64,000 nucleotides of DNA, taken from contig OY969927.1 of NCBI GenBank assembly GCA_963704655.1, positions 192,001-256,000 of the forward strand. Reading direction: 5' to 3'. Shown here in pieces: positions 18,020 to 28,225 of this stretch. A program made the translations under genes and the position numbers. This stretch comes from an uncultured Candidatus Babeliaceae bacterium (GTDB lineage: Bacteria; Babelota; Babeliae; Babelales; Babelaceae). Numbering within the stretch: position 1 is the stretch's first letter; each line of letters opens with the position of its first letter. Under the pieces are notes generated by a model, which ran no database searches, was not told where the DNA came from, and worked only from the letters and a program-made list of their open reading frames with translations.

Positions 18020-19981
18020 ATGAACTTTAGACGTTGTTTTTTAGCATTAGCTTACTTATTGGCTATCAATCTTGAAGCCGTTCCATTAGCTGCGGTTGGC
18101 ACACATATTAAGCGTATTGAACACGCCCCACTTATACTCAGTAATCATGACCTAAGCCATAATTCCCTCCAGGAATCTGTATATGAATTACTCAATAATG
18201 CTGAATCCTCTATCTTAATTTTATCATTTACCTTTTCTGACCCAAAAATTATTCAAATTATTAATCAGAAAGCAAGTGAAGGCATTAAGGTTCAGCTTGT
18301 TATCGACCGTGACCACTTGAGTGAATTCAAGGAGCAATTATACCCCTCAATACAACTTGGTACACGCGCGCAGGGTGAAGGGCACTTGCACCATAAAATC
18401 TTAGTTGTCGATGATGAGTATATCTGGCTAAGTTCAGCCAATTTTACACCCGGTGGTTTTACCACCTCTAAAAATTTAGCGATAGGCTTTGTTAGTAAGA
18501 ACATAGGGACTCAGATTCATCAAGAAGCCTTCGATATCGTCGCATCTAACCAAAGAATCGGTGCTACGCCACTTTCATGCTTATATGGTAATCAGCTTTT
18601 AGAATTATATCTGCTCCCTCATAATGACCCTGAAGCCTCGCGCCCTATAGAAACTAAGATGAATGAATTGGGGAAACAAAAATTAATTAGTTTAATTGAT
18701 AATGCTCAACACCATATCAAAATTTCTGTTGATGCATGGACCTATAAAGATGCCAGCCGAGCTGTTATTAATGCCGTACAACGCGGTGTTCAGGTTGATA
18801 TCGTAGTGGGTGATGTCACCGGTGAAGCCGTGAAGATGATGGCACAGGTTGGAGTTAAAGTAAAACAAGGAAAAAATCTTCACCATAAATTTATGGTGGT
18901 AGATCATACTATATTGTTGAATGGTTCACCAAATTGGAGTATGAATGCATTTTCAAGAAGTGATGAAAGTTTTATTGTTCTTTACGACCTCACGCAAGAG
19001 CAGTTAAAGGCATTAGAGGGCTCTTTAGAAACGGCAGGACTGCCGACTGCGATGCATTTTAATGAGATGGCAGAGTTGATCGATGCAACAAATGCACTTT
19101 CTGACGAAGAAGTGAATAAGAATGTCGCATTTATTAATAGAACAACTGCGGTATTAAATGACGAAATCAATAAAACGCCAACCGGCCAAGAACATCAACG
19201 ACTCATTGCCATTGCCAAAAGACTTTTGACTGATTTAACCAACTTTATATCGCGCATAAAAACTGCGCCAGTTCCTGGATGTTGCTTTTATAACGGCGAC
19301 AATTACCTCTATAATGTAGTTGTTATTGCAGAAAAGCAAGAACGTATTGAAGCTGCACTAAGATACATAAAAAATGTTGGTGGGGTTGATCAAAAAGTTA
19401 CTGACTATTTTCAAAAAACACTACAAAAACTGCAATCTGGAATCAATGTTCCGCTACCAGACTATTTCCATGCTACAAAAGCTGGATTGGAAAGCATTAT
19501 AGCAAGCAAAACTATTTTACAATCAAAAACGGGTTTTACCGGTCCTGGGACATATATTTCATGTAATAATGAAGGGGATCATGGTTATGGTAGTTACACA
19601 TTTGCAATTGATGAAGGTTGTTTGGTGGATACAAAGGGCACCTTTCGTACAGGAAGACATCCGGTAACTAATGTCTTTTTTAGTCTATGGGCTTCAATAC
19701 TAAATGATATCCCCGTTAGTGAAGATAATATTGCTTTCATTGATACATCGGCAGATGATATTTCGCATGTGAAAGCACTTCTTGAAAAACAAAATTTAAA
19801 CATTGAGGTTGTGTCTCGAGATACAGCTGAAGGTATTTTAAAGATTTTTGATGTGACGACAAACAGACGCGAATTACCCTCATTTCTTTGGGATAAGTTC
19901 GACTCCCAAGATTATCTTCCACAAAATATGTATCCGCGTAGCCAGCAAGGTTCGTTTCGACAGTTTATGTTTAGCGCCTAA
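18020..19981 (+). CDS. Secreted phospholipase D-superfamily protein with two HKD motifs and an extra C-terminal domain
   Basis: HHKILVVD..SSANFT and HHKFMVVD..GSPNWS; signal peptide; GGAGG RBS. Confidence 0.85.
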   Translation: MNFRRCFLALAYLLAINLEAVPLAAVGTHIKRIEHAPLILSNHDLSHNSLQESVYELLNNAESSILILSFTFSDPKIIQIINQKASEGIKVQLVIDRDHLSEFKEQLYPSIQLGTRAQGEGHLHHKILVVDDEYIWLSSANFTPGGFTTSKNLAIGFVSKNIGTQIHQEAFDIVASNQRIGATPLSCLYGNQLLELYLLPHNDPEASRPIETKMNELGKQKLISLIDNAQHHIKISVDAWTYKDASRAVINAVQRGVQVDIVVGDVTGEAVKMMAQVGVKVKQGKNLHHKFMVVDHTILLNGSPNWSMNAFSRSDESFIVLYDLTQEQLKALEGSLETAGLPTAMHFNEMAELIDATNALSDEEVNKNVAFINRTTAVLNDEINKTPTGQEHQRLIAIAKRLLTDLTNFISRIKTAPVPGCCFYNGDNYLYNVVVIAEKQERIEAALRYIKNVGGVDQKVTDYFQKTLQKLQSGINVPLPDYFHATKAGLESIIASKTILQSKTGFTGPGTYISCNNEGDHGYGSYTFAIDEGCLVDTKGTFRTGRHPVTNVFFSLWASILNDIPVSEDNIAFIDTSADDISHVKALLEKQNLNIEVVSRDTAEGILKIFDVTTNRRELPSFLWDKFDSQDYLPQNMYPRSQQGSFRQFMFSA

Positions 19982-19995
19982 AATAATAAAAAACT

Positions 19996-20940
19996 TTATA
20001 AGCAACTTAAATACCTTTCTGCGTCAAGTGCGGCCATGCAGCCAGAACCGGCAGAGGTAATCGCCTGGCGGTAGCGACTATCCACCACATCACCCGCAGC
20101 AAAAACGCCAGGAACGGAGGTTTGGGTATTCTGTTTTTGAACAATATGGCCATAGGGTGTAAGTTCAAGTTGTTCTTTAAATATGGCTGTGTTTGGAGTA
20201 AGTCCAATTGCAAGAAATGCTGCATCTGCAGGGGTTTCTATGCGTTTTCCAGAAATTTTATCTTCATAGGCAACATGGGTTAAATGTGTCCCGTTACCTA
20301 AAAATTCTTTTACCAGGGCAGAATAGATAATTTTTACTTTAGGGTTACTAAGCACGCGCTGCTGCATTGGGGCGGAAGCACTCAGTTTTTCTGAAATTTG
20401 TATGATAGTTACTTGGTCAGTAAAATGGGTCATAAAAGAAGCGTCTTCCATAGCAGTGTCGCCACCACCAATAATAACCACTTTTTTGTCTTTGTATAAA
20501 GCCCCGTCACATACTGCACAGGTGGAAACACCTTTTGCCCAATATTCCTGCTCGCCCGGGCAATTAAGCCTTTTTGGATTAGCGCCGGTAGAGACAATAA
20601 TCGCATCGGCAGTAAGGTGCTTATTTTTAGACGTTGTTATTTTAAAAGGCTTCTGTGAAAAATCTACAGCAGTAACCATTTCTAAAATAAACTTACTGCC
20701 CATCTGCTGCGCATGTTTGCGCATGTTCATCATAAGCTTCGGGCCCATTATAGAAATCTCGCCTGGCCAGTTTTCAACGGCAGTGGTACTCATTAATTGC
20801 CCACCGGGGTTATTCCCCTCAATAACAAGCGGGTTAAGCTGTGCCCTGCCGGTATAAATTGCTGCAGTAAGTGCAGCAGGGCCCGAGCCAATAATAATTA
20901 CTTTATAATGTGTTGTCGGTGATTTTGCTGAAATTTCCAT
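19996..20940 (-). CDS. trxB: Thioredoxin reductase (canonical cytoplasmic)
   Basis: IIGSGPAA, GGQL, CAVCDG, GGGDTA, FAAGDV and RQAITSAG. Confidence 0.95.
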   Translation of the reverse strand: MEISAKSPTTHYKVIIIGSGPAALTAAIYTGRAQLNPLVIEGNNPGGQLMSTTAVENWPGEISIMGPKLMMNMRKHAQQMGSKFILEMVTAVDFSQKPFKITTSKNKHLTADAIIVSTGANPKRLNCPGEQEYWAKGVSTCAVCDGALYKDKKVVIIGGGDTAMEDASFMTHFTDQVTIIQISEKLSASAPMQQRVLSNPKVKIIYSALVKEFLGNGTHLTHVAYEDKISGKRIETPADAAFLAIGLTPNTAIFKEQLELTPYGHIVQKQNTQTSVPGVFAAGDVVDSRYRQAITSAGSGCMAALDAERYLSCL

Positions 20941-20946
20941 AATATT

Positions 20947-22287
20947 TTAAGATTTTTTTGTTAAATAATACAGTACGTAGTTAAGTGTTTTTTCTCGTTG
21001 GCATGAGCGCCTGATCTCTTCATGACACAGAGCTATCTCTTGGTCATTTACGCGACTATGCGGAATATCAAAATAGATAAACTCTTTGGTGCGCGGCCGT
21101 TTAAACAGATGGAGATAGTTTATCATATCTTCGTCACTTGCCTGAATATTTTCTTGGTATGCTATGCTGTCAATAAAGAGTATCTCTTTAATTTGCTTTT
21201 CTGCAAGCAGTGCAACTTTTTCTTTAAAATCATGCTGATTTTTATAGACATGGTAATCAGGATTTTCCTGAACACGCGCAAGTACTACTTTTTCTTGTTG
21301 TTCGATGATATCAGAGTCGACCATTATGGGAAAGTGGTGGAAAAGAAGCCTAAAGATCCTTTCAACCGTTTCTCTGCGTTGTGAGATATCATGGCGAAAT
21401 GAAAAAACTTCAATAAGTTTTTGATGAGTTTCTTTTGCTGTTTTAAGTCTAAAATGTGTTTTAAATCTATCGATATCAAAAAAATTTGATGGGACATGAT
21501 ATAAAATAGTAACTTCAAAGAGATAATGCGTCGTGAAATCATCACTGACAGAGTCTTGGAAAAAATCATTATCGGTGATAAAAGTATCGCCAACCTTTTT
21601 TCCTAAAAAGAGCTCTTGAGCCTGCTGATCTGCCTCTTCTTCGCCGATTTTTATCCATACACGTTGTTCAAGTGGAGCAAGAATATATTTCTTTTCTTGG
21701 TCAACAAGTTTAATACTTAAGCACACCCAATCATGAAACGTTATGCCGTCAATCGCGGACGAATCGCCCTTTTTTGCAGCATTTTTATTATCTTTTTGTT
21801 TTCGTTCTTCTTCTTTTAAAAAAAAATCAACTTGGCGGTCTAAATCCTTATAATTTTTTCTGCCGGGAGCTTTGAAATGTAATTTTTTCCATTCACTTTT
21901 TATAGGGTTTGGGAACGTGCTCACTGAAAAAATAAACTGCGCAGGCTTTTCTGGGTCGATAAGTGCTTGGCGTGGAAGTGGTGCGCTGAGTGTTATAATT
22001 TTATGTTCAGCAATTCCCTTTTGAAGCATAGCGCTGACGCAATGACGGAAAAAAAACTGTTTTAAATGATCAATTAAAAGGGGCTTATAGGTATTTGCAA
22101 TATAACTTTCTGGCGTTGCACCTTGTGCAAAACCATAGGTATGAATATCCTGCTTTATGCTGGTAAGTGCCTGATGGTACATTACTGTCACAGGCTCACT
22201 GGGAATTTGTACATGTAATAAAAGTTGATGCGGCGACTCGGGTTGCTGATTCAAGCTAAAGTAGACATTCGTTTCACAATTGACCAT
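20947..22287 (-). CDS. tig: Trigger factor-like protein (divergent)
   Basis: GFAQGATP (GFRxGxxP-like) ribosome-binding motif; length and domain layout; downstream of tRNA-Leu as is common for tig. Confidence 0.7.
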   Translation of the reverse strand: MVNCETNVYFSLNQQPESPHQLLLHVQIPSEPVTVMYHQALTSIKQDIHTYGFAQGATPESYIANTYKPLLIDHLKQFFFRHCVSAMLQKGIAEHKIITLSAPLPRQALIDPEKPAQFIFSVSTFPNPIKSEWKKLHFKAPGRKNYKDLDRQVDFFLKEEERKQKDNKNAAKKGDSSAIDGITFHDWVCLSIKLVDQEKKYILAPLEQRVWIKIGEEEADQQAQELFLGKKVGDTFITDNDFFQDSVSDDFTTHYLFEVTILYHVPSNFFDIDRFKTHFRLKTAKETHQKLIEVFSFRHDISQRRETVERIFRLLFHHFPIMVDSDIIEQQEKVVLARVQENPDYHVYKNQHDFKEKVALLAEKQIKEILFIDSIAYQENIQASDEDMINYLHLFKRPRTKEFIYFDIPHSRVNDQEIALCHEEIRRSCQREKTLNYVLYYLTKKS

Positions 22288-22346
22288 ATGTTATCTCCTT
22301 TTAAGTAACCTGATCTTAATTGCCTGCCCTTAAATTTGCAAGAGAT

Positions 22347-22376
22347 CCTGTCCTACGAAGCTTTAGCGTAGTAGGA
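22347..22376. repeat. Family B palindrome downstream of tRNA-Leu
   Basis: CCTGTCCTACGAAGCTTTAGCGTAGTAGGA (reverse orientation). Confidence 0.65.
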
Positions 22377-22396
22377 AGGCCCGGATAGGCGTAAGA

Positions 22397-22481
22397 TGGT
22401 GCAAGAGAAGGGACTCGAACCCCCACCTCTTTCGAGACTGGATCCTAAATCCAGCGCGTCTGCCAGTTTCGCCACTCTTGC
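22397..22481 (-). tRNA. tRNA-Leu(TAG)
   Basis: GCAAGAG...CTCTTGCACCA, anticodon loop TTTAGGA, long variable arm. Confidence 0.95.
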
Positions 22482-22552
22482 ACTTGTAAAACTCTACTTT
22501 AGCATAAAAATATTTTAATTTAAAGCTTCAAAGCGATATTTTGAAAATATTT

Positions 22553-23140
22553 TTATAACGCTTTAATTTCAGCTTCTTTTTTACCTGAAAGTGTTTCTGC
22601 TTGTGCAGTTACTTTATCGGTAACTTTTTGCAAAAGATCTTGAAGGCGCTTGCTATAATCTTCAGAAATTTTCTTATCTTTCTCGGTGTCGCGAATTGCC
22701 GTATGCACATCTTTACGCACATTACGTAATGCAATTTTGCACTCTTCAAGGCGTTTGCCAAGTATCTTAGAAAGTTCTTCACGTCTACTGCTGCTCATTT
22801 TAGGAAGCACAATACGTATAATGGGCCCATCAGTTTGGGGTGTGACCCCTAAATCTGAGGTTGTAATAGCTTTTTCAATTTCAGGAATAATAGTTTTATC
22901 CCAGGGCTGAACAATTAAAAGTTGCGCATCAGGAGCCGAAATTGCAGCTGTTTCTTTAAGCGGCATCATGGTTCCGTAGGCACTTACTTTCAAGTCTTCA
23001 ATCATTGAAGGATGTGCTCGGCCCGTACGGATTTTTTGCAACTCTTTTTCAAAATGCTGAATATGCTTTTGCATGTCAGATTCGACAGCTGTCTCAAATG
23101 GTTTAGTACTAGCGCCTTCAGTAAACGTATAGTTTGCCAT
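22553..23140 (-). CDS. frr: Ribosome recycling factor
   Basis: KIRTGRAHP, IVQPWDK and KIALRNVRKD. Confidence 0.96.
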   Translation of the reverse strand: MANYTFTEGASTKPFETAVESDMQKHIQHFEKELQKIRTGRAHPSMIEDLKVSAYGTMMPLKETAAISAPDAQLLIVQPWDKTIIPEIEKAITTSDLGVTPQTDGPIIRIVLPKMSSSRREELSKILGKRLEECKIALRNVRKDVHTAIRDTEKDKKISEDYSKRLQDLLQKVTDKVTAQAETLSGKKEAEIKAL

Positions 23141-23161
23141 AGTAGATCCTTTTATTCGTTG

Positions 23162-23758
23162 TTATGCACCGATTTCAAAACGAGCAAAACGTGTGATTTT
23201 AATACTTTCACCCATTTTTGCAATTAAATCTTTTAACAGATCGTCAACGGTTATCTGATCATTTTTAACAAATTTTTGGTTCATAAGGCAAATATCGGCA
23301 CAAGCTTTTTGAATTTTGCCTTCAACAATTTGGTCAACCATCTTTTCTGGCTTGCCTTGTTCGATGAGTTGCTCTCTAAAGAACTTACGTTCTTTTTCAA
23401 GATACGCTGCATCCACTTGGTCCGCTGAAACGTATAATGGTTTTATAGCAGCAATATGCATACAAATATCTTGAGCGAACTGCTTAATCTCTGCAGTACG
23501 GGCAACGAAATCCGTTTCGCAGTTGATTTCAATCATAACGCCGATTTGTGCGCCTGGGTGAATATATGCGTGGACTAGGCCTTCAGCAGTGGCATTGCCA
23601 GAGCGTTTTGCAGCAACAGCAGCACCTTTTTTGCGTAAAAGTTCAACTGCCTTGTCCATGTCGCCTTCGGCTTCGATAAGCGCTTTCTTGCAGTCCATCA
23701 TACCGACGCCGCTGATGTCACGTAATTTTTGGATTAAATCTAAACTAACTTTTGTCAT
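23162..23758 (-). CDS. tsf: Elongation factor Ts (short form)
   Basis: SGVGMMDCKKAL, LRKKG and EINCETDFVA. Confidence 0.97.
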   Translation of the reverse strand: MTKVSLDLIQKLRDISGVGMMDCKKALIEAEGDMDKAVELLRKKGAAVAAKRSGNATAEGLVHAYIHPGAQIGVMIEINCETDFVARTAEIKQFAQDICMHIAAIKPLYVSADQVDAAYLEKERKFFREQLIEQGKPEKMVDQIVEGKIQKACADICLMNQKFVKNDQITVDDLLKDLIAKMGESIKITRFARFEIGA

Positions 23759-23883
23759 ATGGTTATCCTAAAATAAGGGGTTATACTGTTAGTGTGCCAA
23801 AAAATAGGCTTTTGATCTAGACAGAATTTTTATTTTTGGTACTATTTATAAATAAAGAGTTAATAATGCTAAAATATATTCTG

Positions 23884-23913
23884 ACCCGCTCATCCTGAGC
23901 TTGTCGAAGGGTT
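23884..23913. repeat. Family A palindrome
   Basis: ACCCGCTCATCCTGAGCTTGTCGAAGGGTT. Confidence 0.85.
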
Positions 23914-23991
23914 GGCGGCATATATTAATCAAATTTTAGTATAATTTTAGAGTATTTTTAAAAAAAAGTTTATTTAAAAGGCACTTTCTTT

Positions 23992-24321
23992 ATGAAACAA
24001 GAAGCAGTTTTTAGCCGCTATGCGATTTTTCAAACCGGCGGCAAGCAGTATCAAGCGCTTGAAGGCAAGACCATTGCTATTGAAAAATTAGATGTTAAAG
24101 CAGGTGATTCAGTTCAATTTGATGATGTTTTATTGATCAAAAAGGCTGATGGCGATGTTAAAATCGGCCAACCTTTTCTTTCTACCCCTGTAACGGCGAC
24201 TATCGTTAAACACATGAAAGGACCTAAATTGGTCGTTTTCAAGTTTAAACGTCGTAAAAAATCACGCGTTAAACGTGGCCATCGTCAACCGATGACCATC
24301 GTTCGCATCGAATCTTTCTAA
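23992..24321 (+). CDS. rplU: 50S ribosomal protein L21
   Basis: YAIFQTGGKQY and FKFKRRK...GHRQ. Confidence 0.96.
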   Translation: MKQEAVFSRYAIFQTGGKQYQALEGKTIAIEKLDVKAGDSVQFDDVLLIKKADGDVKIGQPFLSTPVTATIVKHMKGPKLVVFKFKRRKKSRVKRGHRQPMTIVRIESF

Positions 24322-24345
24322 GCTTTTATACAAAGTTTAAAAACG

Positions 24346-24375
24346 AAAAACCGGCCCAAAAAGCCGGTTTTTTTT
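24346..24375 (+). terminator. Intrinsic terminator after rplU
   Basis: AAAAACCGGC...GCCGGTTTTTTT. Confidence 0.8.
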
Positions 24376-24540
24376 ATTATAAAGTCTTGCGATTTGCCTT
24401 ATTTATTTGCTAATATGTAATTATATAGTTAATGTAATACTTTTACGCTACTTAACTTAAACTTAAGCTCAGATATTCGCATTGGTAGCGATTTACATGC
24501 AAAGACTTCTGTACTTTAATACTTTATCTAAAATCTTTTA

Positions 24541-24574
24541 AAAAAAATACCGGACGCAAATCCGGTATTTTTTT
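24541..24574. terminator. Bidirectional intrinsic terminator
   Basis: AAAAAAATACCGGA-CGCAAA-TCCGGTATTTTTTT. Confidence 0.8.
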
Positions 24575-24596
24575 ATAGTTTTTTATCGTTATGTGC

Positions 24597-25259
24597 TTAT
24601 TTTGAACCGTATATCCACCACAAAAGCGCGCCTGTACTTATGCCGACAATGGTCGCTAAAGCAGTTTTAGGGTAGCGTTGAATAATATTTCCCTGAGGTT
24701 GCTTATCTGCTGGAACTTCAAGTTTCATTTCATATATAATATCTTGTGAAAACGCACTAATTGGTGTAAAGCCCTCTTTTTGATATAATTTTTGAGCAGT
24801 AAGATTTGATCTTTTAGTGTTAAGCATGATAGAAGAAGGGTAGCACGCTTTCATTTTTTCCAGCGCATGTTGAAGTAAAAGACGGCCAAGACCTTGGTGC
24901 TGATAGTTTGTATCAATGCCCAAAAGGTGCAAAAGTCCCATGCGGCCAAAATCGAACGTAAGAATATTCATATCAAAAATTTTATAATTAACAAAACCAA
25001 CAGTAACGTTGTTTACGCGAATTACTTCTGTAATATAGATGTCTAAATACTTTTCTGTATAGTCTTGTCCGTATCCTAATGATGCATGATCAAGCTCCTG
25101 TGGATAATCTTTGATAATTTTTACAATAGCCTCTTTATCCCGCTCTGCTTGATAGGGTTCGATGGAGATATGATTATCTTGCGCATAGAGCACACTGCTG
25201 ATACAAATCACCAACAGGGTGAAAATATTCTTAACGAAATTCATATAAAGCCTTTGCAT
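24597..25259 (-). CDS. GNAT acetyltransferase with a signal peptide and C-terminal TM
   Basis: LGIDTNYQHQGLGRLLL and NLTAQKLYQKEGF. Confidence 0.85.
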   Translation of the reverse strand: MQRLYMNFVKNIFTLLVICISSVLYAQDNHISIEPYQAERDKEAIVKIIKDYPQELDHASLGYGQDYTEKYLDIYITEVIRVNNVTVGFVNYKIFDMNILTFDFGRMGLLHLLGIDTNYQHQGLGRLLLQHALEKMKACYPSSIMLNTKRSNLTAQKLYQKEGFTPISAFSQDIIYEMKLEVPADKQPQGNIIQRYPKTALATIVGISTGALLWWIYGSK

Positions 25260-25417
25260 TAAAAATGAGGTATTATAGATAATTACTTTATGTATTATAC
25301 CATGAATGCCTATTTTAAAAAGACCTGTCCTTAATACCTCTATTTTTATATATTATACTTGAATTTTTAAACCGGCGCGATGTATGCTATAAATATAATG
25401 TCTGCATAGGAGGTTTT

Positions 25418-27412
25418 ATGAAAAGTTACAAAATAATCTTATTTATCATAACTGTTGGCTGTTTTAGCCAACTTAATTCGATGCTTCCGCAAGCTGGGCG
25501 GTCGTTATTGCGGACAGCGCCGCGGATGGCGCCTGAGTTAGTGCAGCCGACACAGCGCCTGAGCTCTGTAATGCAAAATCGTGCATTATACTCGCAGTTA
25601 CCAAAAACAGTGAGTCAGGGACAGCAACAAGAATCTGGTGGCGAATCATCAACCCCTTGGTATTATAAAGTACCTCTTTATACGGGAGGTGCAGCTGCTA
25701 CAGTTGGAATGGCTTATTATAAAGCTAAAAATACTGCTCAAGAAGAAAGGGTTGCCGAATTAGAGGAAAAAATAGCGGTACTTGGTAATTATAGGACAAA
25801 CGCCTTTAAAGAAATCAGCTCTACAGATGGGCTGGATGTATTTTTGGGATACGTAAAATCGATGGGGAATTTAAATTTAGAAAATTTTTTGATGCTCTTG
25901 AATTACCTAAAGATGAATAAGCCTGAAGTTCTCCTAGCTGCTTTAGGCAAAGATGATTATTTTCTGGATTGGGTTGACTTGTTTTTACAAACAACGGCCT
26001 TTGAAAAATGGTTAATGGAAAACCCTCGTTATTTTGTAGAGTTTTTGAAAACAATTTCTTATCGATTTATGGATCCTCATTTTCAAAGAAGCAGTTTTCC
26101 GGAAGTTACGTTTAAAAAGATATTAAGTATTAGTGAAGTTTTAATACAAGATAGTCGTTATAAAAAAGCAATTCTTGATTTTTTTGACGCATTTGAGATT
26201 TTTCGTTTTCGTGATGAAAAATATTTTATAGAACTTTTACGTTTTATAGATAGGAAAAAGTATCCACATATTGCTAAAAATTTGCAGATTGGACCTTTTA
26301 ATAATAAAAAATTGTTATTCCTAAGAAATATGTACCAAGATGAAATTAAGCAGCTTGTTACAATTAAATCACTTGAGCAACAACGTGAAGAAAAGATGAT
26401 AGAACATCTTCATAATCCAATTCTATTGCCTAGTAAGCATTTGGCAAAATATCAAGAGCTGGATCCACGTTTTATTGAAGATATCATTAAAACCAAAAGT
26501 ATTGATCAATTTATAAGTGCGTTAGATAAGGCTGTAGATCTTAATAATCAAGGGTATATCGCTTTTTTCCATGGTCAAAATGAAAAATATGCATTGATAA
26601 ATGATCTTGGCACACAATTGCTCTTTCAGCTTGCAGGGCAAAAAAAACCTGCAGATTTTTATTTTTTACGCTTAAAATCGCATGATTTTAAAAAAATAAA
26701 TCTAGATCCACAGGAAGCTACTACACAAATAATAGAAGAACAACAAGATTTTATGAAATGGTTTAATTCAGGCAAAGGCGAGGATTACATGGCCTTGAAT
26801 CTCTTTCCATTTGGTAACATAGGTAATGAAGCGCGATACACACATTACTATGTAGAGAATAAGTATAGCCAAGATGAGACGAATTACGATTATTTATTAA
26901 AAAGTATATTTGATGATCTGGAAATACCGAATTTTAGTGCGAAAGAGCGTCAAAAAATTTATAATCTTTTGGATTTGGCTGTAAAAACATATCAAACAGG
27001 AAGACTTATTGTAATAGGGCTGCCTTACAATGTTGTATCAGAAAGAGTTTTTACGTATAAAGATTTTGGCGGCAGCATAAGTATCGATCAGCTTATTGAA
27101 AAACTTGGCAAACAAGAGAATTTATCTTTCAGAGAATTAGATGAATTTCATTGCGTTATGCCCTTAACTCCAGCTAGCGGACTTAACCCAGAAAGCGGTG
27201 TCAAGATTTATAATTTTGATAGCCCAGTTTCAAAAAAAGCCCAGCAAGAGTTTGATAAAGCAAAACAGGATTTTATTGATGGGGTTATAAACAGTTTAAA
27301 AGAGAGCGGCGATCTAGAGCGATCACAAAAAATCGCGCGAGATTATTTGAAATTGCTGCATGACGTGCATGTTGCCGAAGAGCTGCGACTTTCGGGGGTT
27401 GTTAAACATTAG
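25418..27412 (+). CDS. Large secreted hypothetical protein (effector-like)
   Basis: GGAGG RBS; signal peptide, Arg-rich segment, TM segment; 664-aa ORF. Confidence 0.8.
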   Translation: MKSYKIILFIITVGCFSQLNSMLPQAGRSLLRTAPRMAPELVQPTQRLSSVMQNRALYSQLPKTVSQGQQQESGGESSTPWYYKVPLYTGGAAATVGMAYYKAKNTAQEERVAELEEKIAVLGNYRTNAFKEISSTDGLDVFLGYVKSMGNLNLENFLMLLNYLKMNKPEVLLAALGKDDYFLDWVDLFLQTTAFEKWLMENPRYFVEFLKTISYRFMDPHFQRSSFPEVTFKKILSISEVLIQDSRYKKAILDFFDAFEIFRFRDEKYFIELLRFIDRKKYPHIAKNLQIGPFNNKKLLFLRNMYQDEIKQLVTIKSLEQQREEKMIEHLHNPILLPSKHLAKYQELDPRFIEDIIKTKSIDQFISALDKAVDLNNQGYIAFFHGQNEKYALINDLGTQLLFQLAGQKKPADFYFLRLKSHDFKKINLDPQEATTQIIEEQQDFMKWFNSGKGEDYMALNLFPFGNIGNEARYTHYYVENKYSQDETNYDYLLKSIFDDLEIPNFSAKERQKIYNLLDLAVKTYQTGRLIVIGLPYNVVSERVFTYKDFGGSISIDQLIEKLGKQENLSFRELDEFHCVMPLTPASGLNPESGVKIYNFDSPVSKKAQQEFDKAKQDFIDGVINSLKESGDLERSQKIARDYLKLLHDVHVAEELRLSGVVKH

Positions 27413-27451
27413 TTTTGCCTCTTATACCTATTTGTAGCTGTCCCTTATGTC

Positions 27452-27499
27452 CCCAACACTTCGACTTTGGCTTTCAGCCTCCGCTCAGTGTGAGCGGGG
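27452..27499. repeat. Family A palindrome variant; near-inverted copy of 17754-17801
   Basis: CCCAACACTTCGACTTTGGCTTTCAGCCTCCGCTCAGTGTGAGCGGGG. Confidence 0.8.
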
Positions 27500-27550
27500 T
27501 AGGGCTGGGTGCAGTGGCGATTAATCTTGATTTGGTTATAAATTATAAAT

Positions 27551-28192
27551 TTATAGCTTTGATATTTTATCCAAGTCTTTATTGTTGCCAGACAAGAGTA
27601 AAACGTCATTTTCTTTGATAACGTATTTTGATTCAATAGGGGTAAACTCGCCATTTGTCTGTTTGCCGATGCAGACAACATGAAATTGGTCATGAATAGC
27701 ACCAAGTGATTTGCCGACAAATTTCTTTGGTGCATCAAACTTACTGATCGAAAATTGTGGCGTAATAATGGCAAGTGATTCAAAGCGTAAGCTCAAATTG
27801 TCTGCAAGTAATGTGCCGATTTCTTGCTCAGGAAGTACAATCTGGTCTGCGCCAATAAGGCGTAAGATTTTTTTATGCATATCGCTGATAGAGCGGACAA
27901 TTACGCGGGGGAATTTTAAGTTCTGTTTTAAAAGGGCCGTAATGAGAATCGATTGGTCAAAATGTTCGCCCACTGCAACAATAATTGCCGTCATGTCATC
28001 AAGACCCAATGAGATCAGGGACTCTTCATTAGTGATTTCCATGCAGATTGCCTGTGATACTTGGTCCTTAATCGATTCAATAATTTGTTCATTACTGTCT
28101 ACAGCAAGTACTTCCATGCCGCGATTTGCAAGTGTTGTAGCAACTGCATATCCAAAACGACCAACGCCAATGACACAAAATTTCATAGCCAT
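27551..28192 (-). CDS. trkA: Ktr/Trk K+ uptake system NAD-binding subunit
   Basis: VIGVGRFG Rossmann motif, IGADQIVLPE; adjacent to the TrkH-type permease. Confidence 0.9.
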   Translation of the reverse strand: MAMKFCVIGVGRFGYAVATTLANRGMEVLAVDSNEQIIESIKDQVSQAICMEITNEESLISLGLDDMTAIIVAVGEHFDQSILITALLKQNLKFPRVIVRSISDMHKKILRLIGADQIVLPEQEIGTLLADNLSLRFESLAIITPQFSISKFDAPKKFVGKSLGAIHDQFHVVCIGKQTNGEFTPIESKYVIKENDVLLLSGNNKDLDKISKL

Positions 28193-28225
28193 AAATTATC
28201 CTAACATAACTGTCGACCGCATGGA

